Positions 29,204 to 37,709 of a DNA stretch of 64,000 bases are shown here, one piece after another (position 1 is the stretch's first letter; every line of letters begins with the position of its first letter). Both the position numbers and the translations under genes were made by a program. The notes beneath the pieces were generated by a model. The model was not told the DNA's origin, searched no databases, and saw only the letters and a program-made list of their open reading frames with translations. Source of the stretch: Candidatus Uhrbacteria bacterium (GTDB lineage Bacteria > Patescibacteriota > Patescibacteriia > JACQRZ01). The stretch lies in contig JACQSB010000007.1 in the NCBI GenBank assembly GCA_016206175.1, forward strand, positions 8,639 to 72,638. The letters are read 5' to 3'.

Positions 29204-30994
29204 TCACTCAGAGGGAAAGAAAAGCAATGCGGCCGTTTCGGGGCTCACTCGATACTTTTCGAGACCCTGCGTGATGCGTTTGAGAATCGTTTTTTTTGCT
29301 TTTCCGGTGAGGATGCGCGGCTGATAGCGGACAGACTCATGCGGCAGAAGCACAAGCGACAATCCCTTGGCGGTAAACTCGCCAGCTACGATGAGACCTT
29401 GCTGGGTATTGGTAGAAAAATTTTGATCAAAAATGAAGTTACCGAGTGAGTATACAATGGGTTTCCCTTTATAAACTCCGACATCTTGAATAACGTGCGG
29501 GTGAGCGCCAATGACAGCATCAGCGCCGGCATCGATCCATGCACGCGCAAGCTGTTCTTGCTGCTGTGAATGCTTCAACTCATATTCTACCCCCCAGTGG
29601 GGAAATACAATTACGCGGGTGTGCGGATCTTTTTTTAACGAACGGATCACGCTTTCTGTGCCGCTCATGTCAGCAAAAGCATGCACACCGACCACCGCAA
29701 GACGCAGCCCGTCTCCTTCAAAATATGCTACATCGTTTTTCACCACACGGGACGGATCGCCGATTGGCACGATCTGTTTTTTCTTCAGAAGTTTACGGGT
29801 AGTATCCAATCCCTTCGTGCCCTGGTTCAACGTATGATTATTCGCAAGACTCACGCCGCTAAGGCGCAGATAGGCAAGCGCGTCGCGTGATTGTTTCGGG
29901 AAGTTAAACGAGAGCGATCTCAATGCGGGATCATAGGCAACCTTTCCATCACTGATTGGCCCTTCCAGATTCGCAATGGCGGCATCCACCCCCCAAAAAA
30001 CGCGATTCCCGAATTGCTCAAAAAGCTTTTTGAATCCTTTTTTTTCGTAGTGGTAGCCGACTGCGCGGCCGTACATCATATCCCCGGCAAACGCAAACGT
30101 CACCGATTGCTCGACGACTACTGCCTCGCCGGACTCATACCAGCCGAACACATGGGATGTGGATTCTTGATCAGGATCCGATACGATTGTACCGCTGTTC
30201 GTATGGTCGAATAAACTAAACCGTTGCGTGTCGTGCAGATTTGCCCACTGCGCAAGGAATGCAAGCGAATGTCCGGAATCAACCTCCGCCTTGCTGGAAA
30301 GCGATGCTATATCACGGTTTTGCAGCGCGCGGATCGAAAGACGGTCATGGAGATCAGCAAGGGCGGCGGGTTGATAATGTGAAAAATCCACGGAAGCAAC
30401 AACAAGACAGGAAGCGCACGAATCATTCAATGAAGATGCAAGCTGTTTAATGGTATCGCCTTTTGTATTATCTTTTACGATGAGAGGAACGATCGGAGAA
30501 GAAGGAAAATTTTTCTTGATATCTTTTAAGACGAGAAGTATCCCGTGTTCGCGCTCAAAACTTACCGGTTCGCTTGAAGCGATGCCTGCATCAATCAAAG
30601 AACGGATCACGGCGGAGGCAGGCATGATAGTGCCATAGGATGTATTCCATTCACGGTCAACAGTCTGGATCAATCCTGATCCGGCATTAAAATGGTTCGG
30701 GGCGATCAAAATGATTGCATTCGGTGTTGTATCGCCAAAGAAACGGTCACGGATTGTCTCAAAAAGGGTGGCGCGACGCTCGCGGACAATATCATGATGC
30801 GGAACAACAATACCGGAAACTCTTGTCTGTTGTATCGCGGAGGTTTCTGGAAATTTGGGAAGCGATTCGTGCGCCACACCGGCAGGATCCGCATTCGATG
30901 CGCGGGCAGAAAAAAATACGACCGCGCTCGCCGCTGCAAGAGCGCAGACAAAAACGATAGAAACAAAGGAAAGTCGCACCTTATCGCTGCACAT
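29204..30994 (-). CDS. Memo-like (AmmeMemoRadiSam protein B) domain fused to a CapA/PgsA metallophosphoesterase domain
   Basis: VPHH, PNHF, EHG, SVDFSHY, then AGDMM, NLEG, LANNH, HWGVEY, GAHPHV, YSLGNFIFDQ. Confidence 0.88.
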   Translation of the reverse strand: MCSDKVRLSFVSIVFVCALAAASAVVFFSARASNADPAGVAHESLPKFPETSAIQQTRVSGIVVPHHDIVRERRATLFETIRDRFFGDTTPNAIILIAPNHFNAGSGLIQTVDREWNTSYGTIMPASAVIRSLIDAGIASSEPVSFEREHGILLVLKDIKKNFPSSPIVPLIVKDNTKGDTIKQLASSLNDSCASCLVVASVDFSHYQPAALADLHDRLSIRALQNRDIASLSSKAEVDSGHSLAFLAQWANLHDTQRFSLFDHTNSGTIVSDPDQESTSHVFGWYESGEAVVVEQSVTFAFAGDMMYGRAVGYHYEKKGFKKLFEQFGNRVFWGVDAAIANLEGPISDGKVAYDPALRSLSFNFPKQSRDALAYLRLSGVSLANNHTLNQGTKGLDTTRKLLKKKQIVPIGDPSRVVKNDVAYFEGDGLRLAVVGVHAFADMSGTESVIRSLKKDPHTRVIVFPHWGVEYELKHSQQQEQLARAWIDAGADAVIGAHPHVIQDVGVYKGKPIVYSLGNFIFDQNFSTNTQQGLIVAGEFTAKGLSLVLLPHESVRYQPRILTGKAKKTILKRITQGLEKYRVSPETAALLFFPSE

Positions 30995-33699
30995 TATTGT
31001 TCGACAAATCGCTTTCCTTTTTCTATCCGAAACGCGCCGCCGACATCAAGGATAATCGTATCTTTCCGGTCGATTTTTTCTTGTAAAAAGATTTTTGCTA
31101 AGACATCTTCCACCCGCTGCTGTATCACGCGGCGCATCGGCCTGGCGCCAAATTGCGGATCATACCCCTCGCGGGCAAGTTCGCGCAACGCGCCTTCGGT
31201 AAGGGAAAATGCTATCCCCTTTTCTTGCATTTGCCGCTGCACGCGGCCGATCATGAGGCGCGCGATTTTGGTAATGTGCTCTTCGGAAAGCGAACCGAAT
31301 AGAATGACGCCGTCAAACCGATTGAGAAACTCGGGAGAAAAATTGTTGCGTAATTCGCGTTCCAATAATTCTTTCTTGATGGTTTCTGCATCACTGCCGG
31401 CACGCACGGAGTTCTGGATGAATTGGCTGCCCGCATTGGAAGTAGCGATGATGATGGCGTTCGTGTAATCAATCACTTCTCCGGTGTTGTCCGTGATACG
31501 GCCGTCTTCAAAAATCTGCAAAAATAGATTCAACACATCGCGGTCTGCCTTTTCTAACTCATCGAGCAACAGAAGAGAGAACGGGTTTTTCCGCACCGGC
31601 TCTGTTAATGCACCGCCTCGCACCGATGATCCCGTCATGCCGATAAGGCGCTCGATTGCTGATACACCTTGGTATTCAGACATATCGAGGCGCACCATGG
31701 TGTTCGCGGAACCGAAATACACTTCAGCAAGAGTCTTGGCTAGCTCTGTTTTGCCTACACCGGTAGGTCCGAGAAACAAGAACACCGAAATAGGGCGTTT
31801 CTTCTCCCGCAGATCGACGCGCGCGCGGCGCAATGCGTTTGCAACGGCTGATACCGCTGCCTCCTGATTGATCATGCGCTCATGGATCTTGTCTTCGAGA
31901 TGCAATAATACATCGCGTTCGGTTGACTCTACCTCGCCCACTTTCGTATGGGTGATTTTTTCTACGGCGCGGGCAACTTCGGCAGGCGTGATGCGGGCGT
32001 ACTTTTTCTTGCCATGCGGAGCAAACGCAAGTGCAACTTGTTCAGCGACATCGATTGACTTTGCGGGATTGTATTTTTCGTGCACATACCGCGTTGCAAG
32101 CCGAACGACTGATGCAATGGCGTCATAGGTAAAATACACCTTATAGCGATGCTCTAACGATGGAACGTGCGATTCAAGAATCTGGATCGTTTGGTTCTCA
32201 TCGGATTCTTCCACGGTCGTTTGCGCAAAGAGCGAAATCAAGGGATGGCTTTCAAGATAGGAATGAAATGCGGATGGCGTGGTCGTCGCTATCACAAGCA
32301 AACCGGTGCGCTCGATCGTTTCAGCAAGCACTTCCGTAAGGTCATACGGGGTGAGACCGCGCTGCGCGGTAAAGTCATGCACGTTGTGGATGACCAATAC
32401 AATATTGCCGCTCTCGAGCAGTTCATCAAGGAGCGCTTGGAACGCGGCGAGCGGATTCGGCGTTGCCGCCAGATGCCCTGCAGAGATACTCACCAACCGA
32501 TGGTCTTTCAGACGGTCGGGCACCTGCTCGCTTACCATAGCATACGCGATACCGCTGATGAGAGCGGATTTTCCGGTGCCTTCTTGCCCGATGAGAAGAA
32601 TATTTTTTGACGTTGCGCTGATGCTTGTGAGTAAGTCACGAAGCTGTTCGTCTACACCGATGGGCAATCGCAAGTTGCCAACGCTTGCCGCGCGCGTCAG
32701 ATCAGAGCTAAACCGATTCGTGAGCGGAGTCGCGCGCGACGTCATCGCACGATTGATATCGCCAGACGGGCGGAGCACGGCAGTGCGGAATATCTCTGCT
32801 CGCTTCTGCCGCGCGGCGCGGTCCTGATTGAACCATGCGATGATATTTTCGACTGTCTTTCCGGTGATGCCAAGCTCTTCAAGCACGGCTTGCGCGCGCG
32901 TCTCATGGTCGATTGTCGCAGAAAAAAGATCAATGTCGTCTACAAAATACTTCTGTGCTGCTTGCGCATGGCGGTATGCGCGAATCAACAACGAATAAAA
33001 ATCATCGGTGGGCAACGGTTGCGCTGTGCGATCAGCAGGAACGGTGCCAAGTGCGGCATGGATTGCTTTTTTTAATTTAGCAGTGTCAACAGCAAGACGA
33101 AATGCAATGTGCTGGATACTTGGCCGCTGGAGCAATGCAACAAACAAATGCAATGGCACAAGCTGGTGATGATGGAGCCGTGCCGCCACAGAAAGGGATT
33201 CTCCGAGGCTTGTAAGTGCCTCCGACGTGAACACGGGGGTGATATCAATGATGTGCTGACGCTTGCCAGTCTGAAACTGCTCTTCGCTCTCGCGGGAAAA
33301 CACACGATCTTTTTGGCGTTTCTCGCGACTCAAACGAGAAAATAACCACGCATCGGTAAGGAGGGATACAAGAAATACCTGAAATGACCAATGCGTCGGA
33401 AGACGAATAAGCGTGTCGGGTGCTGCGCTCCCAAATGCAACTGGCAGTGCATGGAATACAAGCGCTCCCGCAAATGCAACAGCGCCAAAAAGAAAAAGTG
33501 CAACAGGAAAACCTTTATGCAAGGCATGCTTGGCAGCGATCGTGTCAAACATTTCCCGTGTAAAAGGATGGCGCCACAGAAAGGTAAGCGACCCTTCCGT
33601 AAAAAGCACGGCTGCGCCAGAGCAGTGGCGACATGTGCTGCTCGATTTTGGCATACACCGATCGCACGGAACTACGGTTGGCAATGGGCGTGCAGGCAT
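30994..33699 (-). CDS. Membrane-anchored ClpA/ClpB-family AAA+ ATPase
   Basis: CxxC-7-CxxC, two TM helices, Clp-N repeats, Walker A GQEGTGKS and GPTGVGKT, RLDMSEY, LLLDELEKA, FSPEFLNRFD, GARPMRR; ATG at 33699. Confidence 0.9.
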   Translation of the reverse strand: MPARPLPTVVPCDRCMPKSSSTCRHCSGAAVLFTEGSLTFLWRHPFTREMFDTIAAKHALHKGFPVALFLFGAVAFAGALVFHALPVAFGSAAPDTLIRLPTHWSFQVFLVSLLTDAWLFSRLSREKRQKDRVFSRESEEQFQTGKRQHIIDITPVFTSEALTSLGESLSVAARLHHHQLVPLHLFVALLQRPSIQHIAFRLAVDTAKLKKAIHAALGTVPADRTAQPLPTDDFYSLLIRAYRHAQAAQKYFVDDIDLFSATIDHETRAQAVLEELGITGKTVENIIAWFNQDRAARQKRAEIFRTAVLRPSGDINRAMTSRATPLTNRFSSDLTRAASVGNLRLPIGVDEQLRDLLTSISATSKNILLIGQEGTGKSALISGIAYAMVSEQVPDRLKDHRLVSISAGHLAATPNPLAAFQALLDELLESGNIVLVIHNVHDFTAQRGLTPYDLTEVLAETIERTGLLVIATTTPSAFHSYLESHPLISLFAQTTVEESDENQTIQILESHVPSLEHRYKVYFTYDAIASVVRLATRYVHEKYNPAKSIDVAEQVALAFAPHGKKKYARITPAEVARAVEKITHTKVGEVESTERDVLLHLEDKIHERMINQEAAVSAVANALRRARVDLREKKRPISVFLFLGPTGVGKTELAKTLAEVYFGSANTMVRLDMSEYQGVSAIERLIGMTGSSVRGGALTEPVRKNPFSLLLLDELEKADRDVLNLFLQIFEDGRITDNTGEVIDYTNAIIIATSNAGSQFIQNSVRAGSDAETIKKELLERELRNNFSPEFLNRFDGVILFGSLSEEHITKIARLMIGRVQRQMQEKGIAFSLTEGALRELAREGYDPQFGARPMRRVIQQRVEDVLAKIFLQEKIDRKDTIILDVGGAFRIEKGKRFVEQ

Positions 33700-33704
33700 A
33701 TATG

Positions 33705-34064
33705 CTATATGGATAAACGCACCGTCACAAAAAGCCAGATAACGGCAGGTAGAAATGCGAGCCACGCTAATAGAAGCACAAATAAAATCAGTAACCAAGC
33801 AAGCAGTGCGATGCATTTGCCAATCAGCACAAAAAATCGCATCACGACGCTAATAATCCGTTCCTGCCATGTCGTAACGCCGTACATCGGCTTGAAAAAA
33901 TTTTTCACCCAAATCCCGATGCCGAGCACAGCGATGGCATACCTCACTTTGCTCCACAAATAAAGGATGCATTGAATCAACCCCGACGTATACCACCAAA
34001 CGGGAAAATAGAGAGCATCAAGGACGATATCAATGAGGATAAAACGAAACAGAGCTGCCGCCAT
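33705..34064 (-). CDS. Small membrane protein upstream of the Clp ATPase
   Basis: YFPVWWYT..G, NFFKPMYG, hydrophobic C-terminus; 5 nt from the Clp start. Confidence 0.8.
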   Translation of the reverse strand: MAAALFRFILIDIVLDALYFPVWWYTSGLIQCILYLWSKVRYAIAVLGIGIWVKNFFKPMYGVTTWQERIISVVMRFFVLIGKCIALLAWLLILFVLLLAWLAFLPAVIWLFVTVRLSI

Positions 34065-34243
34065 AGAAATGTGATAGCACTACTATTGTAGCATGTTCCT
34101 CTGCCGACAGCTAGGACGGTAGAAGGCGCTGTATTGCTTGAATTTGGGGATCAGACGACGCCTGTAACCCCGCCATGTCATCTGGGAACAACCTCCTGAC
34201 CTTTTTCTTGTTCGTCGTATTGATCCATAGAAATGGGTTATTA

Positions 34244-34975
34244 CTACCTTAGCTTGCGGGTAAAGTCGTATTCACCCTCGACTCTTTCAAATGCGCCCTT
34301 GCAATAGTGATACACAAGAGGGTGCCCAAAAGGAAGGTCGACAAACGAAATGTCGTCGTCTCGTATTTTGTCCATGAATTTGATAAGAGCACGCAGAGCA
34401 TTGCCATGTCCCACCATCAGAAGCGTTTCAGACCGTTGCAGGCGCGGCACTATCATCTTTTGAAAATACGGCATCACTCTTTTGTATACATCGCGCAAAC
34501 TTTCTCCACGCGGAGGACAGTCCATATATCCCCTTCTCCACTTGAATACCTGATCGTCGCCATATTTTTTTACGGCAGCTGATTTGTCCATTCCCTGCAG
34601 ATCCCCATAAGCTCGTTCATTGAGTGCGCGGCTGGTAAATACGGGGATCGTGATTGGCTCCAGTAGTGATTGTGCATGCATAGAAATGTCGTACTGCTTC
34701 ATGCTTTCATGCTGGAATACACCAGTCTTTTTCTGATACGAAAGCGCGATAAGAAGCGTTTCATGCGCACGCTCGAGATGCGATGTGAATACGGCATCAT
34801 AGGAAAACTGTTTGCAATGTCTGGCAGCTGCATGGGCTTCCTCTATTCCCTTTACGGTAAGGGGGACATCGAGCCAGCCGGTAAACACATTCAATTCATT
34901 AAATCGCGACTCGCCGTGTCGCAGTAATACGAGTGCACCTGTGTTCTTTTTTTGTTTCCTGCGTGCGGGATTCAT
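34244..34975 (-). CDS. gpmA: 2,3-bisphosphoglycerate-dependent phosphoglycerate mutase
   Basis: LLRHGES, FTGWLDVPL, LNERAYGDLQG, WRR, GESL, HGNALR; start may be 35008. Confidence 0.92.
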   Translation of the reverse strand: MNPARRKQKKNTGALVLLRHGESRFNELNVFTGWLDVPLTVKGIEEAHAAARHCKQFSYDAVFTSHLERAHETLLIALSYQKKTGVFQHESMKQYDISMHAQSLLEPITIPVFTSRALNERAYGDLQGMDKSAAVKKYGDDQVFKWRRGYMDCPPRGESLRDVYKRVMPYFQKMIVPRLQRSETLLMVGHGNALRALIKFMDKIRDDDISFVDLPFGHPLVYHYCKGAFERVEGEYDFTRKLR

Positions 34976-35008
34976 GGAAAAAGATGTTATGCGCCGATTC
35001 CAGTCCAT

Positions 35009-35260
35009 TCAACGGTGTTTGCAGCCAGGCCAACAGCAAGGCCGCCGTTTTCCGCCGATAAGATCCGTGCGCACCCTCTCGATTCGGCGGCTCCTTGTCG
35101 CTTCTTGCTTAGCGTTTTTAACCCAGCAGATCCACTCATTGCGAGCAAGAGGCGTAATATTTTCCCATACCTCTCTTGCCACAGAGTCAGAAGTAAGCGC
35201 TCTTCGTAAATCCGTTGGCACTCTATGTACTACACCGGTGGAGATATCTTTTTTGGCCAT
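35009..35260 (-). CDS. YdeI/OmpD-associated family small protein
   Basis: VPTDL..AL, WENITPLARNEWICWV..AKQEATR.RRI, RRPCCWPGC. Confidence 0.85.
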   Translation of the reverse strand: MAKKDISTGVVHRVPTDLRRALTSDSVAREVWENITPLARNEWICWVKNAKQEATRSRRIERVRTDLIGGKRRPCCWPGCKHR

Positions 35261-35274
35261 GTCTAAGGCTATTT

Positions 35275-35352
35275 TTATAATAACTCTTGTTCAATATTGA
35301 TTTCCCCGTGCAAGTTTTCGAGCATCTTTGCCTTTATTTGCTCATAGTTCAT
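35275..35352 (-). CDS. Possible 25-aa mini-ORF or gene remnant
   Basis: MNYEQIKAKMLENLHGEINIEQELL* fills the gap between two co-oriented genes. Confidence 0.3.
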   Translation of the reverse strand: MNYEQIKAKMLENLHGEINIEQELL

Positions 35353-35374
35353 AATAATAAGCACTACGTGTTTT

Positions 35375-35845
35375 TTAATTAAAATGGACTGCTTGCTGTA
35401 TCGCTGTTTTCAGTTTCTCCGGTTGATCGGTCCCTATACGATAGATAGTTCCATTTTTCATAATTATTTCAACTGCGTCAAAGCCGGAGACATTATAAAT
35501 CCACATATACGGCCAAAACCACACTCTAATTCCCCAGCCGTAGTACCAATGATTTTTCACGATTTTAGCTGAAATAATTTCGTTAAGAGAAAATTTTTTT
35601 CTAAAAATGCCGTAGCCGAATTTAATTCTTAGATTGTTTTCATCAATAGACGCTGTCAGCGATGCAAACGATCCAAAAATAAGCACAATGAAAACCATTA
35701 CGGCAGTAACGGCAAAATTTGTACCGGAGTAGTACGAGTGAGGTTCTGCCCGAGCCGTAATATAAGTCCATGTGAAAAGTGCAATTACAACCAGCGCGAC
35801 AACCAGTATCAAGTAACTAATTTGAGTGTGCCTGTATGCAATCAT
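35375..35845 (-). CDS. Hypothetical membrane protein (two TM plus bacterial PH-like domain)
   Basis: Two TM helices, WYYGWGIR, YNVSGFDAVEI, RIGTDQPEKL; AT-rich. Confidence 0.8.
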   Translation of the reverse strand: MIAYRHTQISYLILVVALVVIALFTWTYITARAEPHSYYSGTNFAVTAVMVFIVLIFGSFASLTASIDENNLRIKFGYGIFRKKFSLNEIISAKIVKNHWYYGWGIRVWFWPYMWIYNVSGFDAVEIIMKNGTIYRIGTDQPEKLKTAIQQAVHFN

Positions 35846-35889
35846 AATTTTTCTGTGGTGTTCTGCCTTCCAATTCCGATTTTCAATTT

Positions 35890-35979
35890 TGGCGGAGAGG
35901 GAGGGATTCGAACCCTCGAGGACATTGCTGCCCTAACGGTTTTCAAGACCGTTTGTTTCAACCACTCACACACCTCTCC
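35890..35979 (-). tRNA. tRNA-Ser(TGA)
   Basis: Acceptor stem GGAGAGG/CCTCTCC followed by GCCA, anticodon arm ACGGT-CTTGAAA-ACCGT, long variable arm, GGTTCGAATCC. Confidence 0.96.
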
Positions 35980-36100
35980 ATACTCGGTTTGCGCCTCGTT
36001 TCAAAAAATGATCATGAGTGGTTGCCGGGGCTCTTTTTTAGAGCCCGCTGAATACTCGCTCGCTTGTATTCAGCCCACTCACACACCTCTCCATACTCGG
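35962..36100. repeat. 26-bp direct repeat of the tRNA-Ser 5' end and leader, flanking a multi-hairpin element
   Basis: ccactcacacacctctccatactcgg at 35962-35987 and 36075-36100. Confidence 0.9.
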
Positions 36101-36115
36101 CTCAACAATGGTATC

Positions 36116-36727
36116 CTAAAACACTTTCTCCTGTTTGCCAAGAATGGGAGTCGGCTTCAATACCACGATATCGAGCCATGCTTTCAGCGATGCCGCGATA
36201 TCACGCAGATATGCTTCAATAAAATTTGCATAGCGTGACCGATCTGCTGCTATGCCGATGGAAGCGACTCCTAAATTGCGGCACAAATAAATCGCGCGTA
36301 CGAGATGGTATCTCTGTGTCACGAGAATTGCCGCTTGTTGGCCAAAGATTTCTTTGAGGCGATAACAGCTATCGTACGTCCGCCGACCTGCATAATCAGC
36401 TACGACATTCTCGGGTGGCACTCCCCGTTCAACTAAGTACTCCTTCATCACTGCCGGTTCATTGTAGTATTCCTCCCTATTATCTCCAGAAACAATAAGT
36501 TTTTTCACCTTGCCTGTCTCATAGAGCTGTCGGGCGGTATCGAGCCTGTCAGTAAGTATCGTGCTTGGCGTGCCGTTACGGATGCTTGCGCCTAATACTA
36601 ATGCTATCGGCTGCTGTGGAATCGCAGCTATCGAGGGGTAGATATACGCATCTTGTGTCATGCGCACCATACTAATCGCATAAACACTTATGCCGATAAG
36701 AAAAAGAATAATGATTCGAGCAGTCAT
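36116..36727 (-). CDS. SanA/YdcF (DUF218) family protein
   Basis: ALVLGA, DRLDTA, VSGDN, YNEP..M, DYAGRRTYDSC, VTQRYHL.RA. Confidence 0.92.
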   Translation of the reverse strand: MTARIIILFLIGISVYAISMVRMTQDAYIYPSIAAIPQQPIALVLGASIRNGTPSTILTDRLDTARQLYETGKVKKLIVSGDNREEYYNEPAVMKEYLVERGVPPENVVADYAGRRTYDSCYRLKEIFGQQAAILVTQRYHLVRAIYLCRNLGVASIGIAADRSRYANFIEAYLRDIAASLKAWLDIVVLKPTPILGKQEKVF

Positions 36728-36747
36728 GGAAGATAGATCCTTACAAG

Positions 36748-36775
36748 AAGGGCTCTGACTGAAATCAGAGCCCTT
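36748..36775 (-). terminator. Probable terminator hairpin after dsbA
   Basis: 11-bp stem aagggctctga/tcagagccctt; weak U tail. Confidence 0.55.
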
Positions 36776-36797
36776 GATCCATTCTTACGAGTACTTC

Positions 36798-37643
36798 TTA
36801 CTGCAGCAACTTATCAATAGAAGCCTTGAGTACTTCTGCCGGTACAGCTCCTCCGATCGGCGTGCTACGGCCGTCCTTTGAAATAATAAATCCGCCGGGA
36901 GTGCCTTCGATGCCTGCGGCTTGGCCTTCCGTGAAGTTTTTATTTACTTTCTCCGTATATTTGCCGCTGTCGAGACATTCCTGGAATTTCTTTTCATCCA
37001 TACCAAGCTCCTTTGCGAGCGGCGCAAGCTTATCGAGGGCAAATCCAGTGCCATTCGATGTTGTGCGCTTAAAAAGCGCATCAATATATTTCCAAAATGC
37101 ATCATTCCCACCGATTCCTGCAGCACATTCGCTTGCTTCTGCCTCTTTTTGTGCGTTGGCATGGAAGCCTAACGGAAAGTGCCGGTAGACCCAATTCACC
37201 TTGCCGTTGTATGCTTTAACCACTTCTTCCACCGTAGGATGGAAACGCTGACAGAATGGACACTCCAAGTCAGAGTATTCTACAATCGTGATAGCCGCAT
37301 CTTTATTGCCAAATACATGATCCTCTGCTGATACCGGCTTCAGACCGGATGGCACAGGACCAACTGCATCTCCTGATGGCGATGGCTGGCCAGCGCCCGG
37401 CAGCTGACCGGAAAGGCTCTCAAGCTGTTCTTGCGTTAAGGCCTTGCCGCTATTCCCTAAAACCTTTGTCCCGAATATGGCAGTAGGAATTGCCATAACC
37501 AGTACTCCAAGCAAAAACCCTCCCAAAAAAAGCTTCCCGGGCGTAAGAGAAAAAGAGAGAGAAACTTCTGCGGGCTTGGCGCTTGCCGACCCGTGGGAGG
37601 TTTCGTGTCCTGGATGGTGACTACCTTCGTGTTCGTGCGACAT
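36798..37643 (-). CDS. DsbA family thiol-disulfide oxidoreductase
   Basis: EYSDLECPFC, YRHFPL, AEASECA, GIEGTP; N-terminal TM. Confidence 0.93.
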   Translation of the reverse strand: MSHEHEGSHHPGHETSHGSASAKPAEVSLSFSLTPGKLFLGGFLLGVLVMAIPTAIFGTKVLGNSGKALTQEQLESLSGQLPGAGQPSPSGDAVGPVPSGLKPVSAEDHVFGNKDAAITIVEYSDLECPFCQRFHPTVEEVVKAYNGKVNWVYRHFPLGFHANAQKEAEASECAAGIGGNDAFWKYIDALFKRTTSNGTGFALDKLAPLAKELGMDEKKFQECLDSGKYTEKVNKNFTEGQAAGIEGTPGGFIISKDGRSTPIGGAVPAEVLKASIDKLLQ

Positions 37644-37709
37644 AATGAATTGATTAGTAAATTATCGTATCCTGCTTCGGACGTCATTATAAACCTACGA
37701 AAAATAAAA

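Noticed and set aside
34110-34200. Fluoride riboswitch, SRP or 6S RNA
   Set aside because: Only short fragments resemble the consensus; core elements and expected length are missing
35962-36100. Possible CRISPR repeat or prophage att pair
   Set aside because: Only two copies, derived from the tRNA 5' end; no cas or integrase gene in the window
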